A DNA stretch of 33,867 nt. Source: Acidimicrobiia bacterium. Lineage in GTDB: Bacteria > Actinomycetota > Acidimicrobiia > Spongiisociales > ZC4RG35. Both the position numbers and the translations under genes were made by a program. Positions within the stretch are counted from its first letter, which is position 1. The number at the start of each line of letters is the position of its first letter. Positions 6,951 through 18,523 of this stretch are shown here, piece after piece. The stretch lies in assembly GCA_009377735.1 (NCBI GenBank), contig WHTL01000002.1:1-33867 (forward strand), in the 5' to 3' direction. The notes below the pieces were generated by a model. That model did no database searches and had not been told where the DNA came from. It was given only the letters and a program-made list of their open reading frames with translations.

Positions 6951-6974
6951 ACTATGCCCAGGCCTGGGCATAGT
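6951..6974. repeat. 24-bp perfect palindrome (possible aroA terminator or operator)
   Basis: ACTATGCCCAGG|CCTGGGCATAGT is perfectly self-complementary and lies 22 nt downstream of the aroA stop. Confidence 0.75.
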
Positions 6975-6995
6975 CCTCACCAAACTCGCTCGGTA

Positions 6996-8243
6996 CTACC
7001 ACCGGGCTAGGGTCTCGAAGTAGTCGGGCCAGGTCTTGGAGACGCAGGCGGGGTCTTCGATCACGATCCCGTCGGTGACGAGACCGAGGAGGGCGAAGGA
7101 CATGGCCATACGGTGGTCGTCGTAGGTGCGGATGACTGCGGGGCGCAGATCGCCTGGTGAGATGTGGAGTGTGTCCCCCTCAACCCTGGTGACTGCCCCC
7201 ACCCGGGTCAACTCGTTGTCCAGGGCGGCGAGACGATCGGTCTCCTTGATGCGAAGGGTGTGAAGTCCGGATAGGGATGAGGGACCTGATGCACAGACGG
7301 CAGCGACGGCGAGAGCTTGGGCGGCGTCGGGGGCGTCTTGTAGATCGATGTCGATTGGTTTGAGCCCGTCACGACGCCCAACCACCGTGAGATAGTCGTC
7401 GCCACGTCTCACGGCACACCCCATTTTCTCCAGGGCATCGACCACCACGATGTCGGGCTGGCTGGTGGTTCGGCCGACTCCTCTTACCGTGACATGACCT
7501 CCGGTTATGGCGGCAGCTACCAGTGGATAGGCGGCCGATGACATATCGGCCTCAATGAAGAGCTCGGCGCGGCGGTACCCAGTCGGTTCAATGCGGAAAC
7601 CATCGGCCGTTGGCTGGACGGTGGCTCCGAACGCACCCATCACATCGGTGGTGATATCGAGATAGGGTCGTGACGTCACCTCTCCAACAAACCTGAGATC
7701 CACCGGGCCATCGGCCATTGGTGCAATCAGCATCACAGCCGACACCACCTGACTGCTGCTCGAACCATCAACATTGACCACTCCTCCCTGTGGTTTGCCA
7801 CCTGTTATGGATACCGGGGGAAAGCCGTTGGTTGCAGTGGCGGCGATACCCATGTGGTGAAGGGCGTCGGTGAGGGCGCCGATGGGCCGTTGTCTCATCC
7901 GTTCCGTTCCGTCTATGGTCGAAAAGCCGTCGGCCAAGCCGGCAAGTGCGGTGATGAACCGGGCCGTAGTGCCCGATGCACCTACGTCGATCGGGGTACC
8001 GACGAGGGGATCGCCACCGAGAACGAGCCAGGGATCGTCCACATCGTCGATGGTTATCCCCAGACGACGGACAGCATCTCTCATCACCTTGGTGTCCTCG
8101 GCGTTGAGAGGGTCGTGAAGACGGCTGATCCCGTTGGCCAGGGCGGCGCAAACCAGGGCGCGGTTGGTGATGCTCTTCGATCCTGGGGGGTGGATCTGGA
8201 AATCGACGGGATCGGTGCGTCGCTCTATGGCGATCGTATCCAT
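6996..8243 (-). CDS. aroA: 3-phosphoshikimate 1-carboxyvinyltransferase (EPSP synthase)
   Basis: PGSKSITNRALVCAALA, ...GTTARF..., KETDRL and DHRMAMSFAL are EPSP synthase motifs. 415 aa. Confidence 0.93.
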   Translation of the reverse strand: MDTIAIERRTDPVDFQIHPPGSKSITNRALVCAALANGISRLHDPLNAEDTKVMRDAVRRLGITIDDVDDPWLVLGGDPLVGTPIDVGASGTTARFITALAGLADGFSTIDGTERMRQRPIGALTDALHHMGIAATATNGFPPVSITGGKPQGGVVNVDGSSSSQVVSAVMLIAPMADGPVDLRFVGEVTSRPYLDITTDVMGAFGATVQPTADGFRIEPTGYRRAELFIEADMSSAAYPLVAAAITGGHVTVRGVGRTTSQPDIVVVDALEKMGCAVRRGDDYLTVVGRRDGLKPIDIDLQDAPDAAQALAVAAVCASGPSSLSGLHTLRIKETDRLAALDNELTRVGAVTRVEGDTLHISPGDLRPAVIRTYDDHRMAMSFALLGLVTDGIVIEDPACVSKTWPDYFETLARW

Positions 8244-8255
8244 CGCAGCAGCCTC

Positions 8256-8969
8256 CTAGCTGCTTTCCGCCTGGCGATTCAGTCTCATGATCTCCTCATT
8301 ATCCAGCACTCTCCAGGTGCCTGGTGCCAGGTCGTTGTCGGTGATAGGCCCGATGCCGGTGCGGACCAAGGCCGTGATTTCGTAACCGAGCTCTGTGAAC
8401 ATCCTCCGGATTTCGCGGTTCCGGCCCTCCCCCATCACCATCTCGACGAGTGTTTTCTCCTTGTCTCGCGCCACCACCTTGGCGCTAACTGCGGCGGCAG
8501 GGCCATCGTCGAGGTCTATCCCAGAGACGAGTCTCGCCACATCGCCCTCCCCTACCGCTGAGGGGACACGGATCACATAGGTCTTGGTGATCCCGTAGCG
8601 GGGATGGGTGACACGCAGCGTGAGGTCCCCGTCATTGGTGAGGAGGATGAGACCCTCAGAGTCGGCGTCCAATCTTCCCACAGGATAAACTCGGGGATTG
8701 TCGGGCACCAGATCGAGAACTGTCTGTCTCTTCTGCGGATCATCCGCGGTTGAGATGACCCCCAGCGGCTTGTAGAGGAGATAGGTGACGTGAGTCGGGT
8801 TGGTGGGGATGGCAACACCGTCAACACTGATGGTCTGAGAGGTTGGATCGACTCGGTCGCCGAGGACCGAAACCTCGTCGTCGACGGTCACTCTCCCCGC
8901 CCTGATAAGATCTTCGGCGGACCGCCGTGACATGAGTCCAGCACGGGATATGGCTTTCTGGATCCGCAT
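8256..8969 (-). CDS. pseudouridine synthase, RsuA/RluB family, with N-terminal S4 domain
   Basis: MRIQKAISRAGLMSRRSAEDLIRAGRVTVD (S4 domain), the catalytic VGRLDADSEGLILLTNDG motif, and the position after scpB as in mycobacteria. The start was set at the ATG at 8969; the tracked ORF start at 9053 would overlap scpB by 62 nt. Confidence 0.88.
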   Translation of the reverse strand: MRIQKAISRAGLMSRRSAEDLIRAGRVTVDDEVSVLGDRVDPTSQTISVDGVAIPTNPTHVTYLLYKPLGVISTADDPQKRQTVLDLVPDNPRVYPVGRLDADSEGLILLTNDGDLTLRVTHPRYGITKTYVIRVPSAVGEGDVARLVSGIDLDDGPAAAVSAKVVARDKEKTLVEMVMGEGRNREIRRMFTELGYEITALVRTGIGPITDNDLAPGTWRVLDNEEIMRLNRQAESS

Positions 8970-8991
8970 CGGCTCACCACGTGATGGGGGC

Positions 8992-9558
8992 TCAGTCACC
9001 TGAGTTACGGAAGGTCTCCTCGAGGGCTCCAACCACATCGGACGGGGGCACATGATCGGCCAGAGGCGGCAGCTCGTCGAGGTTGGAGATCCCTACCTTC
9101 TCCATGAACAGGTCGGTTGTCCCGTAGACGGCTGGATTCCCGGGAAGGTTTAGGCGGTCGGTCTCCGCTACGAGACCGAGACGCTCCAGGGTCCGCACGG
9201 CCGAATCGGAATCGACACCCCTTATCTCGTTGATCTGCGCTCGGGACACGGGTTGTTCGTAGGCGATGACCGACAGCACTTCGAGTGCGGCGGGTGAGAT
9301 CTTGCGAGCCGATGCCGACATCGAGAATCGCTCCAAATAGTGATACGCATCCGGGTGGCTGTAGATGCGCCATCCCCCCGCTGACCTCCGCAATTTCAGT
9401 CCGCTCCCCCGTTCGACCAAGTCTTTCTCCAGGTCAACGAGCAGTTTGTCCACCTCGTCCGCGGAGACCTCGAGGACCTCGGCCAGTTCACCGGGTGGCA
9501 CGGGTGACTCTGTTACGAAGAGGATCGCCTCGAGGGCGGCACGCAGACTGAGGGTCAT
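8992..9558 (-). CDS. scpB: segregation and condensation protein B
   Basis: LEAILFVTESPVPPGELAEVL...LEVLSVIAYEQPVSRAQINEIRGV matches the ScpB winged-helix repeats, and it is adjacent to scpA. Confidence 0.9.
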   Translation of the reverse strand: MTLSLRAALEAILFVTESPVPPGELAEVLEVSADEVDKLLVDLEKDLVERGSGLKLRRSAGGWRIYSHPDAYHYLERFSMSASARKISPAALEVLSVIAYEQPVSRAQINEIRGVDSDSAVRTLERLGLVAETDRLNLPGNPAVYGTTDLFMEKVGISNLDELPPLADHVPPSDVVGALEETFRNSGD

Positions 9559-9595
9559 TTGTCACATCCGTGGCCGACCGGCATTGAACTCGTAA

Positions 9596-10387
9596 TCATG
9601 TCCATTCCGAGGTGATGTGTCCGGCGGACACGCCCTCTTTGTGGTTGACCCTTATTGGGCCAGTCCATTCCGGCTGGGACACACCAACGATGCCCCAACG
9701 CGCCAGCTCCAACAAGGCAAGGAAATATGCCGCAAGCTCCACCGGGCGCTCGCAGTGTTCCACCAGCTCATCAAAGGTGGTGTCGAGCTCGGTCGCGATG
9801 CGAACCCTGAGCTCGTCGATGGCAACAGAGACCGAAGGTAGGTGGAGGTCGAGATGGTCGAGATCGAGATCGTCGTCGCCACGGGTGAACACCTTGGATG
9901 CAATCTCGGCCAGACCGACCCCATCGATTGGAAGCACCACTTCGGGCGGCGGAGCCTCGATCTTTTGGTCTAGGCCCGAAACCCGAGGCACGTATCGGTT
10001 GGTCTCCTGGAGGCGATGCTTGATGACCGCGGCAACGTCCCGGAACGTGACACACACCAAGAGACGCTGGAGGAGGCGATCCCGCTCTTCCATGAGTGCC
10101 AGCTCTTCATCGATGTCGATATCGGCATCGGCGGGTAGGAGGGCGCGCGCCTTTAGTTGGATCAGGGTGGCAGCAACGAGGAGAAACTCGCTAGTCACGT
10201 CGAGATCCAACTTCCTCATCTCATCGAGGAATTTCAGGTAGTCGGACACCAGATCACTCAGATCGATCGCTGTTATCTCGATCTGATGACGGGTAACCAG
10301 TTCCAGGAGGATGCCCATGGGCCCCTCAAAAACAGCGGTCTTGACCGAATAACTGCCTCCGATGGATTGATGCGAATCTCCGCTCAT
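9596..10387 (-). CDS. scpA: segregation and condensation protein A
   Basis: FEGPMGILLELVTRHQIEITAIDLSDLVSDYLKFL and LLALLELAR are ScpA kleisin motifs. Confidence 0.9.
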   Translation of the reverse strand: MSGDSHQSIGGSYSVKTAVFEGPMGILLELVTRHQIEITAIDLSDLVSDYLKFLDEMRKLDLDVTSEFLLVAATLIQLKARALLPADADIDIDEELALMEERDRLLQRLLVCVTFRDVAAVIKHRLQETNRYVPRVSGLDQKIEAPPPEVVLPIDGVGLAEIASKVFTRGDDDLDLDHLDLHLPSVSVAIDELRVRIATELDTTFDELVEHCERPVELAAYFLALLELARWGIVGVSQPEWTGPIRVNHKEGVSAGHITSEWT

Positions 10388-10397
10388 GCCACTTAGA

Positions 10398-10901
10398 CTA
10401 TCGCCCTGAGAGCAGAGCCCGTGGCTTTGGAGGGCTGTCGGCCATAAGGAGGAGGTCCCACGTCTCGGGATCGATGGATTCCGGTCTCTCCCCGGCGTGA
10501 AAGTGGGCGAACTCGACCACTAGTTCGTCGGCGTTTCTCTTCTCCAACTCTTTGGCGCCGATGGGACCATGATTGTTGTGCACCCTGAAGGAGTTCCCAC
10601 CCGAGATCCCGAGGTACGCCGCCAGGGTGGCGAACACTCGGCCAAAGACCCCGAGACCAGAGTGACGTTTCCCAACGTCGTGCATCAACACAGCCGGACA
10701 AAGATCCTCTCGACCGGCTTCCACGACCACTTGTGCTCCCCGATAGGCATGACGCTGATCGGCCACGGGCTGTTGCCGAAACAGTTCGAAAAGCTTGGGT
10801 TCGAGCCAGAGGGCAACGGTGGCGCGTTCTGTGGGATCGAGGGGCCGGGAGAGGGCGACGTCGAAGAACCGGCTGACCAAATGGATTGGACTGCGGCTCA
10901 T
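10398..10901 (-). CDS. HD-domain phosphohydrolase family protein
   Basis: HAYRGAQ...LMHDVGK carries the H...HD metal-binding signature. 167 aa. It overlaps the upstream gene by 4 nt. Confidence 0.75.
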   Translation of the reverse strand: MSRSPIHLVSRFFDVALSRPLDPTERATVALWLEPKLFELFRQQPVADQRHAYRGAQVVVEAGREDLCPAVLMHDVGKRHSGLGVFGRVFATLAAYLGISGGNSFRVHNNHGPIGAKELEKRNADELVVEFAHFHAGERPESIDPETWDLLLMADSPPKPRALLSGR

Positions 10902-11236
10902 CGTGTCGAGGCGCAGTCCACACAGAGCGTCGCTTCAGGTCGGGCTTCGAGACGGGCGGGGGCGATCGCCTGACCGCATTCGGAGCAGATCCCGTAGGTG
11001 TCCTCGTCTACGCGTTGCAGGGCATGATCAACCGACTGCAGCTGTTTGTGAAGACTGTCGACCAGACCGAGAAGTTGGGTTCTATCTGCCGTGGCCGCCG
11101 CCGCATCGGCAAAGCTCTCTTCGCGGTCGAGGTCCGAGCGCAGATCCCCCGACTCGGATGCACCGAGTTCTTCCATCTGGGCGATGATCTTGGCGCGGTG
11201 CTCCTCGAGATGGGTGCGTGCCGAGACAGTGTCCAT
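10898..11236 (-). CDS. DksA/TraR-family C4 zinc-finger protein
   Basis: A coiled-coil N-terminus plus CSECGQAIAPARLEARPEATLCVDC (CxxC-x17-CxxC). A GGAGG Shine-Dalgarno sequence at 11246-11250 lies 9 nt upstream of the ATG. Confidence 0.85.
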   Translation of the reverse strand: MDTVSARTHLEEHRAKIIAQMEELGASESGDLRSDLDREESFADAAAATADRTQLLGLVDSLHKQLQSVDHALQRVDEDTYGICSECGQAIAPARLEARPEATLCVDCASTR

Positions 11237-11256
11237 GGCGGGCTACCTCCGGGTTA

Positions 11257-11281
11257 CGAAAAAGCGGGGACGGGCCCCGCT
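11257..11281 (-). terminator. rho-independent terminator after the pyrG-Nudix pair
   Basis: On the minus strand, AGCGGGG-cccgt-CCCCGCT (11263-11281, 7-bp GC stem) is followed immediately by TTTTT (11259-11263 region on the plus strand is AAAAA). It lies 12 nt after the Nudix stop. Confidence 0.7.
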
Positions 11282-11292
11282 ACAACTCCAGT

Positions 11293-13610
<2,318 letters not shown>

Positions 13611-14381
13611 CTACCTCTCCCATTGGGGTTGGCGTTTCTCCAGGAAGGCCGACATGCCCTCCTGGGCGTCGGCGAGGTTGGCATTCGAGGCCATCACCTG
13701 ACGGGTTATGTCGTAGGCGGTGGGCTCATCGACCCCGAGTTGTTGGTAGAAGGCGCGTTTGCCAATACCGATGACCCTGCGGCTGTATCGGAGGATGCTT
13801 TGGGCGAGATCGTCGATCTCGTCGTCCAGCGCATCTGCCGGAACCACCCTGTTCACCAGACCCCAATCGAGGGCGGTGGGGGCATCGATGGGCTCGCCGG
13901 TGAGCAGCATCTCCATGGTCCGTTTGGCGCCCACAACCCGACTCACCGGCACCATGGGAGTGGAGCAGAAGAGACCGATCTTCACTCCCGGTGTGGCGAA
14001 CTTGGCACCCTCTACTGTTACCGCGAGGTCACATGATGCAACAAGTTGGCATCCCGCCGCCGTTGCGGTCCCGTGGACTCGGGCGATTACCGGTTGGGGT
14101 AGGTGTCTAATGGTGAGCATGAGGTCGGTGCACCGGTCGAACAGCTCCTCGTAGAACCCCGGGTCGCGGTCGATCATCTCAGAGAGATCGTGACCCGCCG
14201 AGAACACCGGGCCCTCGCCGCCGAGGACGACCAGCTCCGTCTTTTCGGGAAGATCGGTCAGTTCCTTTTGGAGTCGTTGCATCATCTCGAAACTGAGGGC
14301 GTTGCGACGTTCGGGGCGAGTCATCCACAATCGGGTGATTGCTCCGTCATGTTCGATCCTGACGAGTTCCATGTATCCCAA
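13611..14381 (-). CDS. enoyl-CoA hydratase/isomerase (crotonase) family protein
   Basis: LNRPERRNAL-like N-terminus (MTRPERRNALS), FSAGHDL, and a GTATAAGCQLVASCDLAV oxyanion-hole region. 256 aa. Confidence 0.85.
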   Translation of the reverse strand: MGYMELVRIEHDGAITRLWMTRPERRNALSFEMMQRLQKELTDLPEKTELVVLGGEGPVFSAGHDLSEMIDRDPGFYEELFDRCTDLMLTIRHLPQPVIARVHGTATAAGCQLVASCDLAVTVEGAKFATPGVKIGLFCSTPMVPVSRVVGAKRTMEMLLTGEPIDAPTALDWGLVNRVVPADALDDEIDDLAQSILRYSRRVIGIGKRAFYQQLGVDEPTAYDITRQVMASNANLADAQEGMSAFLEKRQPQWER

Positions 14382-14382
14382 A

Positions 14383-15990
14383 CTACTCCGACCGGGGCAC
14401 TACTGCCCGTTCCAAAAGCTCTCGGGCGGCATCAGCTCCCGGCGAGGAATCCGGGAGTCCCGCAAGCATCCGAGTGAGCTCTTCGACCCTTTCCTCCCCC
14501 TCTACCAACTCCACCGACGCCTCGGCGCCGTCCCGCCTCACCACCAGATGTCGGTCTGCCCAGGCTGCCACCTGGGGCAAATGGGTGACACACAACACCT
14601 GTGAGGTCTGGGCAAGGCGAGCCAACTTCTCACCGAGAGCAAGGGCGGTGGCACCTCCGACCCCCGCATCTATCTCGTCGAAGATCATGGTGGTTCGCTC
14701 GCTGGCACCGGCTGCCAAGCGAAGAGACAGAACGAGTCGACTCAGTTCACCACCCGAGGCGGCGCCGATGGGGCCCGCACTCAGACGGGAGTCCGATGCG
14801 AACACGATCGCTGGTCGGTCGGCACCGGATGCCGTGGGTTCGGTTGTCTCCAGGGCAATGGACATCACCGGGTCTTCGAAACCCAGGTCACCGAGATGCT
14901 TGACGGCTTCGTTGGCCAAGGACTCAGCGGCACGAGCTCTCGTTTCCGTAAGAGCCTCTGCTTGCCTTTTCGCCTCTTCCCTTGCCGTTTCCAGGTCGCT
15001 CTCGAGACTCTCGGCTCGGTCTAGGAGAGCGACGATTCGCGTATGACGTTCGCCGGCTTCGGACCGGTAGGCCAGGATGTCGTCGAGGGTGCTCCCATAC
15101 TTTCTCTTGAGATCACCCAATAAGGTGAGCCTTTCCTCGACCTCCCCCAGATTTCCGGTTTCGTCGTTATCCGCCGCATCACGCAACACGACGAGAAGAT
15201 CGGCGATCTCTGAACCCAAACCCTCGAGCCGTTCCTCCGTTGGCCCTAGTCGGTGGTCGATCATTCCCAGTTTTCGGATCTCCGAGATCATCGATCCCAG
15301 AGTGTCGGCGACTTCTCCACCCATCTGATGCAGCTGGGCAAGGCCGGTACGGAGCGTCTCCAGATTGGAAAGACGCACTGCAGCCGCCTCGAGGCGCTCG
15401 TCATCACCTGCCTCGAATCCCGCCTTGTCGATTTCGGTCGTTTGGTAGGCCAACAACTCCAGCTCCCGATTGAGTGCCCGTGGATCGCCCCCAAGGTCGT
15501 CGCGGAGGCTCTCCAGTGACTGCAAACGGTCCCATGCCTCGCGATATGCCATCAGGGTGTTCACTCCGTCGTCATCGAGGGCGTCGTCGATGAGTCTCAG
15601 CACTGCCCGGGGACGTGCGAGGGACAATTGATCGTGTTGGCCGATGACGGCGACATCGGAGCCTATTCTCTCGGCGAGTGTGGCCGTGGAGGCGAGACGC
15701 CCGTCGATATAGGAGGCACTGCGACCCTCCTTGGGAACGACCCGACTCACCACCGACTCGTCCTCTTCGCTCCTGAACCGTCCGTCGACAACGGTCTCCT
15801 GGCCGAATGGTCCCACCAGGTCGGTGTTGGGTGCCTCACCCAAAAGGAGACGCACCGCACCGAGGAGGAGGGTCTTGCCGGTTCCGGTCTCACCCGAGAT
15901 GACCGTGAGCCCGTCTGAGGGTCGAAATCTTGCCTCCGAGATGACCCCCAGATTCCTTACGAGCAACTCGTCGAGCACTGAAGTGCTCAC
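14383..15990 (-). CDS. recN: DNA repair protein RecN
   Basis: N-terminal Walker A ISGETGTGKTLLL, a long coiled-coil middle region, a C-terminal SGGELSRL signature and MIFDEIDAGVGG Walker B. Confidence 0.92.
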   Translation of the reverse strand: MSTSVLDELLVRNLGVISEARFRPSDGLTVISGETGTGKTLLLGAVRLLLGEAPNTDLVGPFGQETVVDGRFRSEEDESVVSRVVPKEGRSASYIDGRLASTATLAERIGSDVAVIGQHDQLSLARPRAVLRLIDDALDDDGVNTLMAYREAWDRLQSLESLRDDLGGDPRALNRELELLAYQTTEIDKAGFEAGDDERLEAAAVRLSNLETLRTGLAQLHQMGGEVADTLGSMISEIRKLGMIDHRLGPTEERLEGLGSEIADLLVVLRDAADNDETGNLGEVEERLTLLGDLKRKYGSTLDDILAYRSEAGERHTRIVALLDRAESLESDLETAREEAKRQAEALTETRARAAESLANEAVKHLGDLGFEDPVMSIALETTEPTASGADRPAIVFASDSRLSAGPIGAASGGELSRLVLSLRLAAGASERTTMIFDEIDAGVGGATALALGEKLARLAQTSQVLCVTHLPQVAAWADRHLVVRRDGAEASVELVEGEERVEELTRMLAGLPDSSPGADAARELLERAVVPRSE

Positions 15991-16763
15991 AACCCTGCGA
16001 GACCGAACTTCTCCGTCACCGATTGTGGAAAGCTGGTGACGTCAAGGGCGAGAAAACGCACCGTGACTGCCGCGGTGCGCACCTCGACGGAGTCCCCTTC
16101 CTCCAGGACACCAAGATCGACCTTGTCAACCGATACCCGCACCGGGCGGTCCCTCTCAACGATGATCTTCAAGGTTCGATTGGCGGGCAGGACCATGGTG
16201 CGATCAAAGAGGGAGTGGGCAGCAACCGGACTGAGGAGAATCGCTTCCACCTCTGGGTCTACCAACGGACCACCTGATGAGAAGGTGTACGCCGTTGAAC
16301 CCGTGGGGGTGGCGGCGATAAGCCCGTCGCACCGATAGGTGAGGAAGGGCTCATCGTCGATGGAAACACGCAATTGAACCAACCTCTGGCTGTCGATCTT
16401 CTCCACCACGACGTCGTTCAGTCCCATTGCCTTACCCTTTTTCGTCTTGGCGTGGAGAATGCTCCGTTCCGAGACGAGGAAGTCGTTGCTCGAAAGGGCT
16501 TCGATGACGCGATCGACATCGCTCACGTCAACAGAAGAAAGGAAGCCGATGGTGCCCAGATTGAATCCCAATACGGGGATGTCCAGGTCGATGGCCCGTT
16601 GCACCGCGGCGAGCATGGTTCCATCGCCTCCAAGTGCCATGACCACATCAGGATCTCCACTGGTTGAGATACCCGCCGCTTCCAGCTGATCGCTGAACTT
16701 CTCGGCAAACTCGAGGGCGTCAGGACGCGAGTCGTGGACGACCAGTTCGACTGACTTCATCAT
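15987..16763 (-). CDS. nadK: NAD kinase
   Basis: ALGGDGTML, the GFLS-type motif, and ATPTGSTAYTFSSGGP. It overlaps recN by 4 nt. Confidence 0.92.
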   Translation of the reverse strand: MMKSVELVVHDSRPDALEFAEKFSDQLEAAGISTSGDPDVVMALGGDGTMLAAVQRAIDLDIPVLGFNLGTIGFLSSVDVSDVDRVIEALSSNDFLVSERSILHAKTKKGKAMGLNDVVVEKIDSQRLVQLRVSIDDEPFLTYRCDGLIAATPTGSTAYTFSSGGPLVDPEVEAILLSPVAAHSLFDRTMVLPANRTLKIIVERDRPVRVSVDKVDLGVLEEGDSVEVRTAAVTVRFLALDVTSFPQSVTEKFGLAGL

Positions 16764-16781
16764 CGCACCTCCCAGCGATCG

Positions 16782-16979
16782 TCAGACAGATTCGACCTGG
16801 TCGAGTAGCTCGGCGAGTGTGGAGGCGAGGTCGCTCGCCAAGTCGGCGGCGTCTGGAGCGTCTACCTCGGCCAAGTCCTCGATGCGTCGTTCGATGTCAT
16901 CGGCTACGTTGCCGCCATCTTCCGCAACGCTTGTTGTGATGGGATCCGGATCCATCCAGATATCTTCGCACACTCCCAT
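16782..16979 (-). CDS. hypothetical small acidic protein (65 aa, or 57 aa from the internal ATG)
   Basis: The ORF lies directly upstream of nadK on the same strand. Third-position GC looks gene-like, and the product is very acidic and Ala/Asp/Leu-rich. I recognise no motif. Confidence 0.35.
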   Translation of the reverse strand: MGVCEDIWMDPDPITTSVAEDGGNVADDIERRIEDLAEVDAPDAADLASDLASTLAELLDQVESV

Positions 16980-17118
16980 CCTGCGTCATGCCTTTTCGAG
17001 AAGACTGTCCACTGCCTACGCCAGATTGGGGCGACACCGTCGGGTGCGGGCACGGCCATATGGGGATCGCGGGTGACACCAGAGAGGACCAGGGTGGAGG
17101 TCCGCCGACAGCTCGACC

Positions 17119-17538
17119 TCAACCAACGTACTCGGTCAACACATCGAGCAGGGACGGCATGGTAGGGGTCATCGGCATCTGGCGCGCTTCTTCGATGGTG
17201 ACCCAGCGGGCGTCTGCCGCATCGTCGGCAGCGTGCGGTTGTGGTGTCCCTGCAACGGATGCGAGGAAGTCTGTCAGGGTGTAGTGATGGTCCGGTGGGT
17301 CGCCATCCCCGATGCTCTCCCCCACCCAGATCACCTCTCCTATCTCACAGTCGATCCCGGTTTCCTCCAATACCTCCCGATGGGCAGCCCCAATCAGAGT
17401 CTCACCGTATTCCACCTTTCCGCCGGGGATAGCCCAAAGACCCTGGCGAGGGGCGTGGGCTCGTTGTACCAACAGGATCTTGTTCTCCGACACCAGCGCC
17501 ACCCCGACACCTGGGGTGGGGTGGATATCAGGAGGCAC
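17119..17538 (-). CDS. Nudix hydrolase (MutT-like)
   Basis: Nudix box GGKVEYGETLIGAAHREVLEETGI. 139 aa. Confidence 0.88.
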   Translation of the reverse strand: MPPDIHPTPGVGVALVSENKILLVQRAHAPRQGLWAIPGGKVEYGETLIGAAHREVLEETGIDCEIGEVIWVGESIGDGDPPDHHYTLTDFLASVAGTPQPHAADDAADARWVTIEEARQMPMTPTMPSLLDVLTEYVG

Positions 17539-17998
17539 AGTCGGTGCAGATCAGCTTTCTGCGGTTGGCCAATTGGCTGGCACGCTTCACCAGAAAACAG
17601 GAACGGCACACGAACTCGTCGGAACGGGCGGTTCGGGCATCGACATTGAGGGTTAGCTCCTCACGTCGGATGGCGCGCAGCTCGGCCTCCTCATCGACGA
17701 GGAGGGCCTCGTTGGCCTCCTCCTCGCTCAGCTCGAGCTCCTCGGCCTCGAGATCCTCCAAGGCCTCTTCGGTCTCGTCGTCGACATCCTCACCACTCTT
17801 TGTTGTGGCTTCCGACTCCTCATCATCCTCATCGAAATCGTCCTCGTCGGTGAATTCCTCGAAGTCGTCCTCGAGGTCTTCGTCGAGGGTCTCTGGGTCG
17901 AGTTCGGAGTCGTCGAGATCATCGAGGTCGTCGAGTTCTTCGACATCCTCGATATCCTGGTGTAATTCTTCCTCTGTGGTCATGGTCTCATCTGCCAT
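17528..17998 (-). CDS. DUF4193-family protein (acidic N-terminus, C-terminal zinc-ribbon-like CxxC...CxxC)
   Basis: A long D/E-rich N-terminus followed by DEFVCRSCFLVKRASQLANRRKLICTDCAS, the architecture I associate with actinobacterial DUF4193. A GAGGA lies about 14 nt upstream of the ATG. Confidence 0.8.
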   Translation of the reverse strand: MADETMTTEEELHQDIEDVEELDDLDDLDDSELDPETLDEDLEDDFEEFTDEDDFDEDDEESEATTKSGEDVDDETEEALEDLEAEELELSEEEANEALLVDEEAELRAIRREELTLNVDARTARSDEFVCRSCFLVKRASQLANRRKLICTDCAS

Positions 17999-18352
17999 CG
18001 GCGGTTGGATTCCTCGTGTTCTCTGGGTATTGATGTAATGAAAATCGGTCTGTGACTCGGGTCGTGCCTACCCGGTTCGGGCGAGAGTATACGTTGAAAT
18101 GCTCTCAGGGGTGTCAGATTCCCAACACCTTCTGATGCTCTTCTGTTCCAGGGCATTTTCCGGTGTTTCACTCCGTTCGCGTGGAGCGTACACCAAGATG
18201 CCATTTAGGGTGGAAGTTCCAGCCGGGTCGGCTATCGGCAGTGCAGATGCAGTGGTGGTGGGTGGGAAGGGCGCACCGCGGAGTGCAATCAATGTCGGAA
18301 CCCGCTTCGAGGTAAGAGATCAGCCCGAAACCCCGAGGAACCCGACGATCAC

Positions 18353-18414
18353 CTAGTGTCCTGTCCGGGAGATCATGCATAAATACCAAGCGAACCTACC
18401 GGACAGGACACTAG
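18353..18414. mobile_element. MITE-like inverted-repeat element, short copy (62 bp)
   Basis: A perfect 16-bp inverted repeat, CTAGTGTCCTGTCCGG (18353-18368) / CCGGACAGGACACTAG (18399-18414). The 30-bp interior, read on the minus strand, matches the sub-terminal 18 bp (2 mismatches) and 12 bp (1 mismatch) of the 115-279 copy but lacks its central 103 bp. Confidence 0.45.
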
Positions 18415-18500
18415 CAACGACAGATAGACACCGAGTCGCGGAGGTTGAGGTCGGACGGCCGCAGCCACGCGATAAGTGAGGTAGAGGCAGCCGTTGGGGG

Positions 18501-18523
18501 TCTGGGGGACGGAGGCCCCCAGA
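18501..18523 (-). terminator. GC hairpin downstream of the lipid kinase gene
   Basis: TCTGGGGG-acggagg-CCCCCAGA (8-bp stem) lies 10 nt after the stop at 18534. There is no U tract, which is common in high-GC actinobacteria. Confidence 0.4.

Noticed and set aside
6569-7010. ORFs of 92 aa and 77 aa (+) and 109 aa (-) covering the 70-bp tandem repeats
   Set aside because: The 70-bp period shifts the frame between units, so the repeated peptides appear in different ORFs. No start signals or motifs are present. They are best explained as non-coding repeat DNA.
9612-10241. 209-aa ORF (+) opposite scpA, and many similar 60-190-aa ORFs opposite der, pyrG, recN, helY, pafA, dop and mpa
   Set aside because: All lie antisense to, or out of frame with, genes with unambiguous family motifs and have Arg/Ser/Pro/Ala-rich composition. 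This is the expected background in GC-rich DNA.
17544-18038. 164-aa Ser-rich ORF on the plus strand
   Set aside because: It is the antisense reading of the Asp/Glu-rich (GAn-repeat) DUF4193 gene. It has extreme low complexity and no independent signals.
18099-18356. 85-aa ORF (+) in the large intergenic gap, ending at the TAG inside the inverted repeat
   Set aside because: Third-position GC is lower than in the neighbouring genes by my count. There is no Shine-Dalgarno sequence, the orientation is opposite to the surrounding operons, and I recognise no motif. It is kept only as part of the unassigned-region finding.
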